IMG/VR virus record: IMGVR_UViG_3300009537_000024
Location: 1-47,805 of that record
DNA length: 47,805 bases
Origin: a virus
Strand: one strand, 5' to 3'
Shown: one piece after another, positions 10,285-17,884 of the stretch
Position numbering within the stretch: position 1 is the stretch's first letter
How the letters are laid out: each line of letters opens with the position of its first letter
The notes under the pieces: generated by a model
Seen by the model: the letters and a program-made list of their open reading frames with translations, nothing else
Told to the model about the DNA's origin: nothing
Database searches by the model: none
Position numbers and translations under genes: made by a program

Positions 10285-10828
10285 TATTCTTGCCCAAATC
10301 GCCGTCGTGGTGACCGCTGTCGCCTTGGCCTCGCGCAGTGTGATACGACGCCTGGACACTCTGGAGGAGAGTGTCGGAAAGCTGTCGCGTCAGGCCGTGA
10401 CAAAGCCCGTACTCAAGAGCGTCGTACGCCGTGAACTCCGTGCCAGCATTCGCGCCGAGCTTGGCCCAGAAATCCGCGCTGCGGTTCGTGGTCTCGCCAA
10501 GGAGGGTGCAAGCCCAGTCATACCAACTGTCGAGCCCCTGCCGGAGGACGTCGAGGTCTTCCGCGCGGCAGGTCCCCAGGTCGGTAGCGTAGGGGCTGTG
10601 CCAAAGAAAGATCGTATTCGCGAGCGCCAGGCGGCGCGTAGCGGACGCGAAGATGGGGATGCCGCTTGACGCGACCGTGCCCCCTGCCGTGATCGTACGC
10701 CCCACCATGAGGTCGGCAACGGCACGCGCAATGTCCGTGTCGCCGCCGGGGGTGCAGAGGAAGTACTCGGGCGCTCCCACGAGGGCAGCGCCGAGCATGT
10801 CGTTGTCGACTTCGCCGGACAGGATCAC
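10247..10828 (-). CDS. ClpP-like (S14 family) serine protease
   Basis: VILSGEVDNDM..CTPGGDTDIARAVADLM..GTVASSGIPIF..FLWHSPY..AYDALEYGL follows the ClpP pattern (INSPGG, G.aaS, iHQP, EA.eyGL). GTG at 10828 follows AAGGAGG+8 nt and overlaps the upstream stop (GTGA). Confidence 0.6.
   Translation of the reverse strand: MILSGEVDNDMLGAALVGAPEYFLCTPGGDTDIARAVADLMVGRTITAGGTVASSGIPIFASATRRLALANTIFLWHSPYATDLGTCRAEDLDVLRQGLDSWYDWACTLLGETTNRSADFWAKLGANAGTEFTAYDALEYGLCHGLTRQLSDTLLQSVQASYHTARGQGDSGHHDGDLGKNISRQIRPPARRA
10274..10669 (+). CDS. Doubtful ORF antisense to the ClpP-like gene (N-terminal TM-like helix)
   Basis: TTG-start ORF overlapping the end of the giant gene. The first ~45 codons look protein-like (ILAQIAVVVTAVALA, amphipathic R/E stretch). 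The remainder is antisense to a homology-supported gene. Confidence 0.2.
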   Translation: MTTDILAQIAVVVTAVALASRSVIRRLDTLEESVGKLSRQAVTKPVLKSVVRRELRASIRAELGPEIRAAVRGLAKEGASPVIPTVEPLPEDVEVFRAAGPQVGSVGAVPKKDRIRERQAARSGREDGDAA

Positions 10829-11118
10829 AGTGCGCGCCTCCTTGCTTTTTTGAATTGGGCCAGGTCCTGCCCGGGGTACCATGCGAGCAGCGCGGCTACG
10901 GCATCCTGCATACACCGGGAGGTGCAGTAGACGTTGTACCCCGCAGGCAACGCGTGCAGGTAGTATGTGGCGGTCCGCACCCGTTCATCGTGCTTCGGGT
11001 CATCGAGCTTATCATCCAGCACAGCGATTTCCGGGTAGGGTTCGGGCACAGGGTACCACCCACCGTCGCGGGGGCCGCCGATGAACAAGTACGCGGCTAC
11101 AGGCCGACTCCAACTCAT
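10825..11118 (-). CDS. Hypothetical protein (97 aa)
   Basis: ATG at 11118 overlaps the methyltransferase stop (ATGA); coding-like composition. Confidence 0.6.
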   Translation of the reverse strand: MSWSRPVAAYLFIGGPRDGGWYPVPEPYPEIAVLDDKLDDPKHDERVRTATYYLHALPAGYNVYCTSRCMQDAVAALLAWYPGQDLAQFKKARRRAL

Positions 11119-11795
11119 CGCGCCACCCTCCGCAGCAGCCAGATCCGCGGCCATGAAAAGTCCCGACGCTCCGTGTCACCGTAGCGCGGGAAATCGTAGC
11201 GGCGCACGTCATCCATCGGGAACAGATTCTTTTGGTCACGCCGTGTCCAGAGCATATAATCGGCTGCTGGAGCAGTATACTCCTCGACACGAAAGAAACG
11301 TGCGAGCGCGTCCAGCGTCTCACAGCTCAGCTCAGTAGACCCAGAGGAACTCGGCGGCACGGACTTCCAACCGCGCTCTGCCCGGTAGTTCTGGACCTTC
11401 TCCCGCACAGACGCCACCCCGTCCGCAAGCAGTAAGTGTCCGCTTTCCTGAACGAGCGCGGCCAAGTTCTCTACCGCCTGTACCCGTGTGTTTTCCGGCA
11501 GGTTGCACAGCACGCGACAGCACAGCACGGTCGTGTAGGGGCCGCCGCTGTACGTGAGCACATCCCCCCGGGTAACACTTGCGTGGTGCGGATACAGGTC
11601 CACACTGTCGAGGAATTTCGCGCCCCGAAGAATGCGTCGGCCGCGCTTCGGATCGCCGCAGCCAATGTCCAGGCAGCTGCGCAGGTCGCAGCGGTCCGCG
11701 AGGTCGTAGAGGCGGCGGGCCTCTTCGTCGGAGAAGTACGTGTCCTGGTGGTACCAGGGTCGGGGGGTGGACCAGAAGTCGTTTGTCATGGCCAT
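11115..11795 (-). CDS. Class I SAM-dependent methyltransferase
   Basis: Motif I LDIGCGDPKRG followed by an acidic-loop strand (FLDSVDL); 226 aa. Confidence 0.7.
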   Translation of the reverse strand: MAMTNDFWSTPRPWYHQDTYFSDEEARRLYDLADRCDLRSCLDIGCGDPKRGRRILRGAKFLDSVDLYPHHASVTRGDVLTYSGGPYTTVLCCRVLCNLPENTRVQAVENLAALVQESGHLLLADGVASVREKVQNYRAERGWKSVPPSSSGSTELSCETLDALARFFRVEEYTAPAADYMLWTRRDQKNLFPMDDVRRYDFPRYGDTERRDFSWPRIWLLRRVAR

Positions 11796-11980
11796 TCCTG
11801 CAGTGGTCCTGCAGCCTCTTTTTTACGTTTTTGATTGGCCTCTGCGGCCTCTTCGTAACTGGACCGCCACACGTAGCCCCGGCAGTCGGAGCATACGACT
11901 ATACCAGGTGCTACCTCGTAAAAGGTAGTGGCGTACGCGCCGCTGGGGCCGTGACCTATGCGCTTCATTTCTTTTCTCAT
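11786..11980 (-). CDS. Small CxxC protein (64 aa)
   Basis: MRKEMKRIG..VVCSDCRGYVW..; its ATG overlaps the DegT stop (ATGA). Confidence 0.5.
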   Translation of the reverse strand: MRKEMKRIGHGPSGAYATTFYEVAPGIVVCSDCRGYVWRSSYEEAAEANQKRKKEAAGPLQEWP

Positions 11981-13002
11981 GCCGTTAACACCGCGCGTGC
12001 GATCTTCGCCGCGTCCTTGCCATTCATCGACAGGTGGCACGGCAGCGTCAAAATCCGCTTCGACAGCGCATACGCATTCGTGCCCTTGTGCTCCGGGTGA
12101 ATCGGGTAGTGCAGGCCCACCTCTATCTCCGCCCGCTTCATTTGTGCGCGCACACACTTGGCCGTGCCCTCGTCGGGCAGCGCGATCACGGCCACATGCC
12201 CCGAGGCGTCGCCAGGCTTCGTGAGCAGCAGCGCGCCCAGGAAGTTCTCGTACGTCTCCAGGATCTCCTGCCGCCGCTTCGCGCACCACTCCCGGCGGCG
12301 CACGGCAAGCTGCGGCACGAGCAGCGCCGCGATCGGCTCCGGCATCCACCCGCAGATCCCCCCGCGCCCGGTCGGCACGCGCTCGTGCTGGCCATAGTTC
12401 AGGAACGCCGCGACCTCGTCCCGCACGGACTGATTCTCCATCGCGCGCCACACGAGCGCACCGCCCTGAGGCACGGCGCACTCCTTCTGCGGGCCGAACG
12501 AGTAGCACACGATCGTGCCGTTATCGATTAGCGCCGTGTGCTCCGTGCCGCCGAAGCGGTGCGCGGCGTCGAGGATCACGGGCTGCCACGTGTCGGATAT
12601 GGGGTACGCCCTGCCCCACAGATCCACCCCTACTGTTGGTGCGCGTAGTCCGACCAGCGGGCAGCCATGTACGTCCGTGTCCACCAGCTGAATGTCGATC
12701 CCCTGAAGAAGCGCCGGCGCCGCGGTTGCGCTGTAGGTGAGAAGCGGGACAGCGTGCAGATCTGGCTTGGGACCCAGAGCGTACGCAGCCGCGAGCGCCG
12801 ACGTGCAGGAATTCGTCAGGTGTACCCACGAGGTGGGCACACCCAGTGCGTTGGCCACCATGGTGGTGGCGTTGACGTGACACACCCCAGGCTTCCACTG
12901 CCCCCGCAGAATCGCTGCGCTGACGCGCGACGCGGTCTTGGCTTCGCAGACGGAGGTGTGGAGCTTGCGGTACGTGTCAGCCAATTTTCTTCTCCGCACC
13001 AT
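11977..13002 (-). CDS. DegT/DnrJ/EryC1/StrS-type PLP-dependent sugar aminotransferase
   Basis: NSCTSALAAAY, DAAHRFG, YSFGPQKE..QGGAL (PLP lysine region) and LHYPIHPEH all match the family signature order. Confidence 0.85.
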   Translation of the reverse strand: MVRRRKLADTYRKLHTSVCEAKTASRVSAAILRGQWKPGVCHVNATTMVANALGVPTSWVHLTNSCTSALAAAYALGPKPDLHAVPLLTYSATAAPALLQGIDIQLVDTDVHGCPLVGLRAPTVGVDLWGRAYPISDTWQPVILDAAHRFGGTEHTALIDNGTIVCYSFGPQKECAVPQGGALVWRAMENQSVRDEVAAFLNYGQHERVPTGRGGICGWMPEPIAALLVPQLAVRRREWCAKRRQEILETYENFLGALLLTKPGDASGHVAVIALPDEGTAKCVRAQMKRAEIEVGLHYPIHPEHKGTNAYALSKRILTLPCHLSMNGKDAAKIARAVLTA

Positions 13003-13111
13003 TCACCCGAATCACCAACCCCCAACCGTTCTGTCCCGCTTCATACGCTTTGGCCAGTACGGCGGCCAGGTCGGGGTTGTCCGTGTTTACTACCATGGGC
13101 TCTACGCTCAT
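12977..13111 (-). CDS. Small ORF (44 aa)
   Basis: ATG 13111 overlaps the upstream stop (ATGA). MSVEPMVVNTDNPDLAAVLAKAYEAGQNGWGLVIRVNGAEKKIG; overlaps the DegT start by 26 nt. Confidence 0.35.
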   Translation of the reverse strand: MSVEPMVVNTDNPDLAAVLAKAYEAGQNGWGLVIRVNGAEKKIG

Positions 13112-13374
13112 CCGACCTTCTCCTCCAGAAACAGCACCCTCGTCTCCAGCCCCTTCAACTGCGTCTCGACAGCAGCCGGGACCTTAGTCTGACCCCTGGG
13201 GGCCGTCTTCAAGGAATCCCCCAGTGCGCGGATCTCTTGCTGAAATTGCCGCGCCTCCTCGTACGCCGCGTCCAGCTTCTTCTGCCGGTGCTGGTGCTGG
13301 TTCAGTAGGTGCTCGAACTGATCGAGCCTTCGGTGCACTTTTGCCAGTTCGCTGTGCAGGTCGAGTTCGCTCAT
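13108..13374 (-). CDS. Coiled-coil protein (88 aa)
   Basis: AAGGAG 5 nt upstream of the ATG; heptad-like sequence LDQFEHLLNQHQHRQKKLDAAYEEARQFQQEI. Confidence 0.65.
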   Translation of the reverse strand: MSELDLHSELAKVHRRLDQFEHLLNQHQHRQKKLDAAYEEARQFQQEIRALGDSLKTAPRGQTKVPAAVETQLKGLETRVLFLEEKVG

Positions 13375-13471
13375 TGATCTCCTTCAGGATACTCAAGATT
13401 TCCGGGAGCTTTTCTTCGAGCGCGATGATGCGGTCGTAGATCGCTCGGGTGTGGTCTGGGTTCACGCTCAT
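13184..13471 (-). CDS. Short coiled-coil ORF whose reading frame runs on over the next gene
   Basis: MSVNPDHTRAIYDRIIALEEKLPEILSILKEINE looks coding. The remaining ~60 codons, up to the first in-frame stop at 13184, look like out-of-frame sequence. Confidence 0.4.
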   Translation of the reverse strand: MSVNPDHTRAIYDRIIALEEKLPEILSILKEINERTRPAQRTGKSAPKARSVRAPTEPAPAPAEEAGRGVRGGAAISARDPRTGGFLEDGPQGSD

Positions 13472-13605
13472 CGTCTTCCCTGTAATTCTGCCACCGCCAC
13501 TCGCAGCCGTCGCACGATCGCCTCCGTCTCGGCCTGCCTCACTTCGAGCTGCAGGACGAGCGCCGCGATCTCTGTGAGCTTGGGCGTCGGTGGCTTCTTG
13601 GGCAT
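13468..13605 (-). CDS. Small helical protein (45 aa)
   Basis: MPKKPPTPKLTEIAALVLQLEVRQAETEAIVRRLRVAVAELQGRR; high GC3; its stop overlaps the next ATG (ATGA). Confidence 0.5.
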   Translation of the reverse strand: MPKKPPTPKLTEIAALVLQLEVRQAETEAIVRRLRVAVAELQGRR

Positions 13606-13687
13606 TGAAAAAGGCCGGCCAGCGGGGTCTTCCCGCATTTCCCCGCCACATGCAGGGGTCCTCCTTGGACGATGGCCGGCACCCGAA

Positions 13688-14002
13688 TCATTCCGCCGCG
13701 TCGATGCAGATCATCTCAAACTTCTTGCCGTTGACGTTCTCATCCCGCACCGACAAGCTCACCTTCTGCCCGCGCAGGTCCGCGTCCCCGAAGATCCCGC
13801 CGAGCTGGCGGCACCGCGTCGCGTTCAGCACGAGTGCCTTGCGCGTCTCCGCGAACTCCAGGATCGGCTTGTCCTCCTGCTCCTTGCCCACCGGCTTCGA
13901 GCCTGAGAACGCGATCGTGTACGTCACGGGCGGCTGGCCCTTGAGGTCGTCGATCTTGAAGTACCCCGGCAGCGCGCCGGACAGTTCCGTGGCTGTTGCC
14001 AT
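13688..14002 (-). CDS. Hypothetical protein (104 aa)
   Basis: Clean ORF in the recombination/replication neighbourhood; no motif recognised. Confidence 0.65.
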   Translation of the reverse strand: MATATELSGALPGYFKIDDLKGQPPVTYTIAFSGSKPVGKEQEDKPILEFAETRKALVLNATRCRQLGGIFGDADLRGQKVSLSVRDENVNGKKFEMICIDAAE

Positions 14003-14014
14003 GTCGTTTCCTCC

Positions 14015-14389
14015 TTAGTCCCTGTACGCCGCCCGAATCGCATCGATCCGGCCCCGCGCCGTACGAGCATCGATTGTACCATCGAGGAGCTGAAGCGCAA
14101 CCTCGATCTCCCCACGCTTCTTGTAAGCGTACGCCCAGAGCGCGCTTAGGTACGCGAAAACCTCTGCGTGCGCACGGATCGAAAAGCGCGTAATGTGCGC
14201 ACGGTCCCTGCCCTGCCGAGTGACTTGGCCAACGCCCGCCTGCCGCTGAATGCCGGCCAGGTAGTCGTAGCCGATCTGCTCGACCGAGTAGTGTACGGAG
14301 CCGGAGCCCTCGAACACGATCGAGCCCTCGGTGTCGAGCAGCGCGGCATGGTACATTACAATATCGTCACGCAGCCCCATCGGCCACAT
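14015..14389 (-). CDS. LAGLIDADG-type (single-motif) homing endonuclease-like protein
   Basis: HAALLDTEGSIVF near the N-terminus matches the LAGLIDADG helix-acidic motif. About 120 aa, like I-CreI-type monomers. Start uncertain (14389/14380/14356). Confidence 0.5.
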   Translation of the reverse strand: MWPMGLRDDIVMYHAALLDTEGSIVFEGSGSVHYSVEQIGYDYLAGIQRQAGVGQVTRQGRDRAHITRFSIRAHAEVFAYLSALWAYAYKKRGEIEVALQLLDGTIDARTARGRIDAIRAAYRD

Positions 14390-15128
14390 CTTGGTCCGTG
14401 CTACCTGTGCCTGCTCCGCCGTAACAGGTCGCAAACATCGGACACCACGTTTCGGAGCAGAGCCCACCAGGGAAAGCCTTCCGCCAGTGTCCCGTCTTCC
14501 ACCTGTTCTCGATTTGGCGGCAGGTGTGGCAGACGAACTCCCACGCCTCTGCGAGGTCCTTGTCCGTGTACTCACTCGTCACAAGCTCCGCTTCGTGGTT
14601 CTCAGTGAAGTAAACGAAGCCGATCCGACGAATGCCTGTGACCTTGCAGTAGATGCGCCCCTGAAGGCTTCTGTCGCATTCGGTCTGCGTCAGCTTCTTC
14701 CGCATGTTGTTGACCGACTTCCAATCGATCAGCATCTCTCCGTAGTCCTCGTGGTGCGCCCGCAGGTCGACCTTGCCCACCAGCGGGCGCGCGCAGCCGT
14801 CGAGCGGGGTGCGAATCCAGAACTCCCGCTCCCTTGGGACCAGCTTCTCGGCAATCGTATGTACCCTCGACAGCCACCCCTCCAGCTCATTGCGCGACAG
14901 AATTCCGGGCGTGTCCAGCACCTCGTCGTAGCTGTGGCTGGTCGCACTTGGGAAGCCGTAGTTGCCCCACAACTCCAGCGCAGAGTGGATCTGATTGCCC
15001 CGCCGGCTCGCGTCCGTGTCCTCCCACGGGGTCAGCTTCTCGTAGGCGTAGCGCAACTCACAGATCTCGGCGAACGTCTTGATGCTGGAGAAGCTGTGGT
15101 TATAACGTTTCGGCTCTACAAGGTCCAC
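14367..15128 (-). CDS. Cas4/RecB-like PD-(D/E)XK exonuclease with Cys cluster
   Basis: N-terminal Cys (EICELRY), GKVDL...LIDWKS (D..D/ExK), and C-terminal CSETWCPMFATC, giving a 1+3 Cys arrangement typical of Fe-S Cas4-family nucleases. Confidence 0.75.
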   Translation of the reverse strand: MDLVEPKRYNHSFSSIKTFAEICELRYAYEKLTPWEDTDASRRGNQIHSALELWGNYGFPSATSHSYDEVLDTPGILSRNELEGWLSRVHTIAEKLVPREREFWIRTPLDGCARPLVGKVDLRAHHEDYGEMLIDWKSVNNMRKKLTQTECDRSLQGRIYCKVTGIRRIGFVYFTENHEAELVTSEYTDKDLAEAWEFVCHTCRQIENRWKTGHWRKAFPGGLCSETWCPMFATCYGGAGTGSTDQDVADGAA

Positions 15129-15364
15129 TTCTTCTCCAGGTTCTCAATCGCCACCCGTTCCTCTCCCCGCCGTAGAACAATGTATGAGCACCCAAGCTCC
15201 TGCAACAGGTCGCCCAAGTCGCACAAGTCCGCCTCCCGCAACAGGTGCACGGCGGTCTCCGTAGCACACAGCGGACGACTGATCTTACGCCCGCGAATAG
15301 GATTCACGTGCTCGGGGCGGTCTTGCGGCTGAGGAAACAATTCACGCCGCTCGTCTTCGTACAT
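15116..15364 (-). CDS. Hypothetical protein (82 aa)
   Basis: MYEDERRELF...; internal ATG of ORF 15116..15637, chosen by coding pattern. Confidence 0.5.
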   Translation of the reverse strand: MYEDERRELFPQPQDRPEHVNPIRGRKISRPLCATETAVHLLREADLCDLGDLLQELGCSYIVLRRGEERVAIENLEKKWTL

Positions 15365-15366
15365 AC

Positions 15367-15498
15367 TCACCACACACACTCCAGAATCAACGGACCAACG
15401 TGGAAACAGACAGAATGCCCGCGCCGCGGGTACTTCACCGCTACGTAGGTAACCCCCACAGCCCAGAAGGCCCAATCCCAACCCATGCAGATTCTCAT
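15367..15498 (-). CDS. Small membrane peptide (43 aa)
   Basis: MRICMGWDWAFWAVGVTYVAV...; its ATG overlaps the upstream stop (ATGA). Confidence 0.4.
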   Translation of the reverse strand: MRICMGWDWAFWAVGVTYVAVKYPRRGHSVCFHVGPLILECVW

Positions 15499-15677
15499 CG
15501 CGTAACCTCCTTGCCACGATCCACTTTGTACTGTTCCATCTGCAATCCCCACACCGTGATCTGCGCCTCGTGCGCTCGGTCAAGCACGCGCTCGGCAGAC
15601 ATCCACTGTAACGCCCACCATACGAGCCAGAGCACACCGATGCCCAAAATCAGATGCTTGATGTCACGACCCTTCAT
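15495..15677 (-). CDS. Small N-terminally anchored membrane protein (60 aa)
   Basis: HLILGIGVLWLVWWALQW TM helix followed by a charged helix; 4-nt overlap with the upstream gene. Confidence 0.55.
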   Translation of the reverse strand: MKGRDIKHLILGIGVLWLVWWALQWMSAERVLDRAHEAQITVWGLQMEQYKVDRGKEVTR

Positions 15678-16153
15678 ACTCTACTCCTGCCCTTTTCCCG
15701 CTCACTGTCTGGCGCCTCCGTAGATCGCACCCAGGCCGGTAAGCCCGCGGCCACGGCCGCTGCGCGACGCGCTGCCTCGCGCTCCTGCCGGGTCATCTTC
15801 GTGGTGGTGATGCGTGTAATCGCGGCCACCACCGCAGCGCGCGCGTTGGCCTCCGCTGTGTCCGCACGGCGGGCACGAAACAAGCCCGTGGCGCGCAGCA
15901 CAGGGCGACGGGGCGAGGGGCTGTCGAGCACAAAGCCGAGCAGGCCGGCTGCCGGCCACCAGCGCTCGGCCTCCACAGCCTCGCCGTCCTCATCGAATCC
16001 TTGCAGCGTCACGCCTACGGCCACGTAGTCCACCTCAGCAGGCCACGTCAGCGCTTCGACCGGCGGTGACTGGTCCTGCCCGAGCCAGTCGTACGCGACG
16101 AGCAGCTCCAGGTCATTGATGGGGTGTCGTTCCGTCGTTATCACGGCTTCCAC
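15674..16153 (-). CDS. Hypothetical protein (159 aa)
   Basis: Clean ORF; Ala/Arg-rich C-terminus. Confidence 0.6.
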   Translation of the reverse strand: MEAVITTERHPINDLELLVAYDWLGQDQSPPVEALTWPAEVDYVAVGVTLQGFDEDGEAVEAERWWPAAGLLGFVLDSPSPRRPVLRATGLFRARRADTAEANARAAVVAAITRITTTKMTRQEREAARRAAAVAAGLPAWVRSTEAPDSEREKGRSRV

Positions 16154-16971
16154 TCCTCCTTCGTGCCCTCCGGCCAGGGCAAGTGGTAGAACCGGGCGAG
16201 CGACCGGGTGAAGTGCTCGCGCGGCTTACGCAGATCCGACCGCTTCTCGGCCTGCGCACGCTCCAGCATGAACAGAATCTGCCACGTCGTGCGCTCGCGC
16301 GCCGCCGTGTCGATCACAGCGTTGATCTCGGGGCCGCTGATCGGCGCGTCCTCGTCCGTCACGTTCTCGACCGTGCCGAGGAACGGCCGCATGAGCATGT
16401 GCGCCAGCGCCGTGAGCGCGCGATCGATGTGCGTTGTGTACGCCAGGTAGTTGTCGGTCAGCGTGCGCCCGAGCAGCGCCGAGTTGATCGCGGTCTCGAC
16501 CCGCACAGGGCCAGCGCTGTTGAAGCCGCCCCACACCGTGCCGAAGCGCACGATCTGCACGCCCCGCTGCCCGGTCCAGCGCGACTCGAACATGCGCTTG
16601 GCGTACCCGTACGCGCTCGCGCCCATCAGCTCTATGACCTGCATCGAACTCGGGAACAGCAGCGGGTGGCCGGCGCGCACCCACTTCTCGGGCTGCGTGA
16701 AGGTGATATCCTCCAGCGCCGCGCACCACTTGCCCCGGTCCTCGTCCGTGGCCAGCCCCTCCGGTTCCCGGTGCACAGCAGCCAGCCACACGACCGGGCG
16801 CCCGTCAGCGGGCGGCTCCATCTCGCGCACGTCCTTGGCGTAGGCTGGCGGCACGTTGCCGTACACGCCTGCGTCCACGCTCTCGACCTCGAAGCCGATC
16901 GAGCGCAGTAGCGGACACAGGCGCGCGCCCAGGTAGCCCTCGCCGCCGACGACGATTACGCCTTCACTCAT
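16141..16971 (-). CDS. NAD(P)-dependent SDR-family epimerase/dehydratase-like enzyme
   Basis: N-terminal Rossmann motif VVGGEGYLG (GxxGxxG), catalytic PSS...YGYAK (S...YxxxK); 276 aa from ATG 16971. Confidence 0.7.
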   Translation of the reverse strand: MSEGVIVVGGEGYLGARLCPLLRSIGFEVESVDAGVYGNVPPAYAKDVREMEPPADGRPVVWLAAVHREPEGLATDEDRGKWCAALEDITFTQPEKWVRAGHPLLFPSSMQVIELMGASAYGYAKRMFESRWTGQRGVQIVRFGTVWGGFNSAGPVRVETAINSALLGRTLTDNYLAYTTHIDRALTALAHMLMRPFLGTVENVTDEDAPISGPEINAVIDTAARERTTWQILFMLERAQAEKRSDLRKPREHFTRSLARFYHLPWPEGTKEEWKP

Positions 16972-17308
16972 CTTCGCCTCCGTCGTACATCTCATCCACC
17001 GCTCGCTTACGCGCCGCCACTGCGCACGGCGATTCCGGATCGGGGTAGGTGTATTTCTGGTTGTCCAGGGGTCCGTAACAGGAGCAGTGCCCCAGACACA
17101 GCTCGTGGAAGGTGCCATCAGACAGCTTCACAATGGCGGTACCTCCACCTTCGTAGGCTTCGTGCCCGTACCAGTACACCACGGACCGCACGTCATCTCG
17201 GAAGTCGCATTCCTTGAAGTACGCGTCCCACTCCTCTCGGTATAGCTCGTAGGCAGTTAGCCCGCCCTCGGCCAGATCCTCATCAATGTCGATCGTGTAC
17301 TCACTCAT
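16964..17308 (-). CDS. Highly acidic small protein (114 aa)
   Basis: MSEYTIDIDEDLAEGG...DEMYDGGEDE; D/E-rich with an HCSC motif. Confidence 0.6.
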   Translation of the reverse strand: MSEYTIDIDEDLAEGGLTAYELYREEWDAYFKECDFRDDVRSVVYWYGHEAYEGGGTAIVKLSDGTFHELCLGHCSCYGPLDNQKYTYPDPESPCAVAARKRAVDEMYDGGEDE

Positions 17309-17585
17309 CCCACATCTCCTCCGTGTTCATGAACGAATCCAACTCCTCCCACGCCCGCAGGTACCCGTCCCGATACGACTGCGGCCGGCAGCTCAGGTCC
17401 CGCTGCACGCCGAAGTTGTAGTCCGCCGCTGCGTCGTCGGCGGGACGGGCATTGGCTTTCTTGGAGCCCTTGAAAGGTAAGTAGTTTCCAGAGGTCACGG
17501 GTTTCTCCGTATTTACCGCAGTGCGCCCGCGGTCTCGTTGCCTATAGAGCCTGACCCCCACCTCTTTGTTGTACGACGCTCTCAT
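17301..17585 (-). CDS. Hypothetical protein (94 aa)
   Basis: Clean ORF, overlapping its neighbours by 4-8 nt. Confidence 0.6.
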   Translation of the reverse strand: MRASYNKEVGVRLYRQRDRGRTAVNTEKPVTSGNYLPFKGSKKANARPADDAAADYNFGVQRDLSCRPQSYRDGYLRAWEELDSFMNTEEMWDE

Positions 17586-17884
17586 ACTGGCCCCCTACAA
17601 TGCAGTGAGCCGGGGAACGTACAGCGGGGCGAGCCGCAGTGGCCCTGCGCGTCCAATTGCTCTTCGACCCAGCGCGTGATACAAGCGGTATGCGCCTCCC
17701 CTTCTTTCGGGCAGTCGTCGCGCCGCCCCATTTCCTCGTCGGTAAGGATCAGCTCCTGTATCTCTTCGCCCGCAGGAAGAAGGAACATGTGCCAACGAAA
17801 ACCGTCTCGCTCGGCGGCTCCGGCGCGCTCCCGAAGACTCCCAACAGCCAAGCAGGATCTCCCCCGCACTTTGAACGTAAACAT
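17582..17884 (-). CDS. Hypothetical protein with C-terminal CGSPRC Cys motif
   Basis: ATG 17884 overlaps the polymerase stop (TGATG). The C-terminal HCGSPRCTFPGSLHC is paralogous to the tail of 22568..22879. Confidence 0.55.
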   Translation of the reverse strand: MFTFKVRGRSCLAVGSLRERAGAAERDGFRWHMFLLPAGEEIQELILTDEEMGRRDDCPKEGEAHTACITRWVEEQLDAQGHCGSPRCTFPGSLHCRGPV

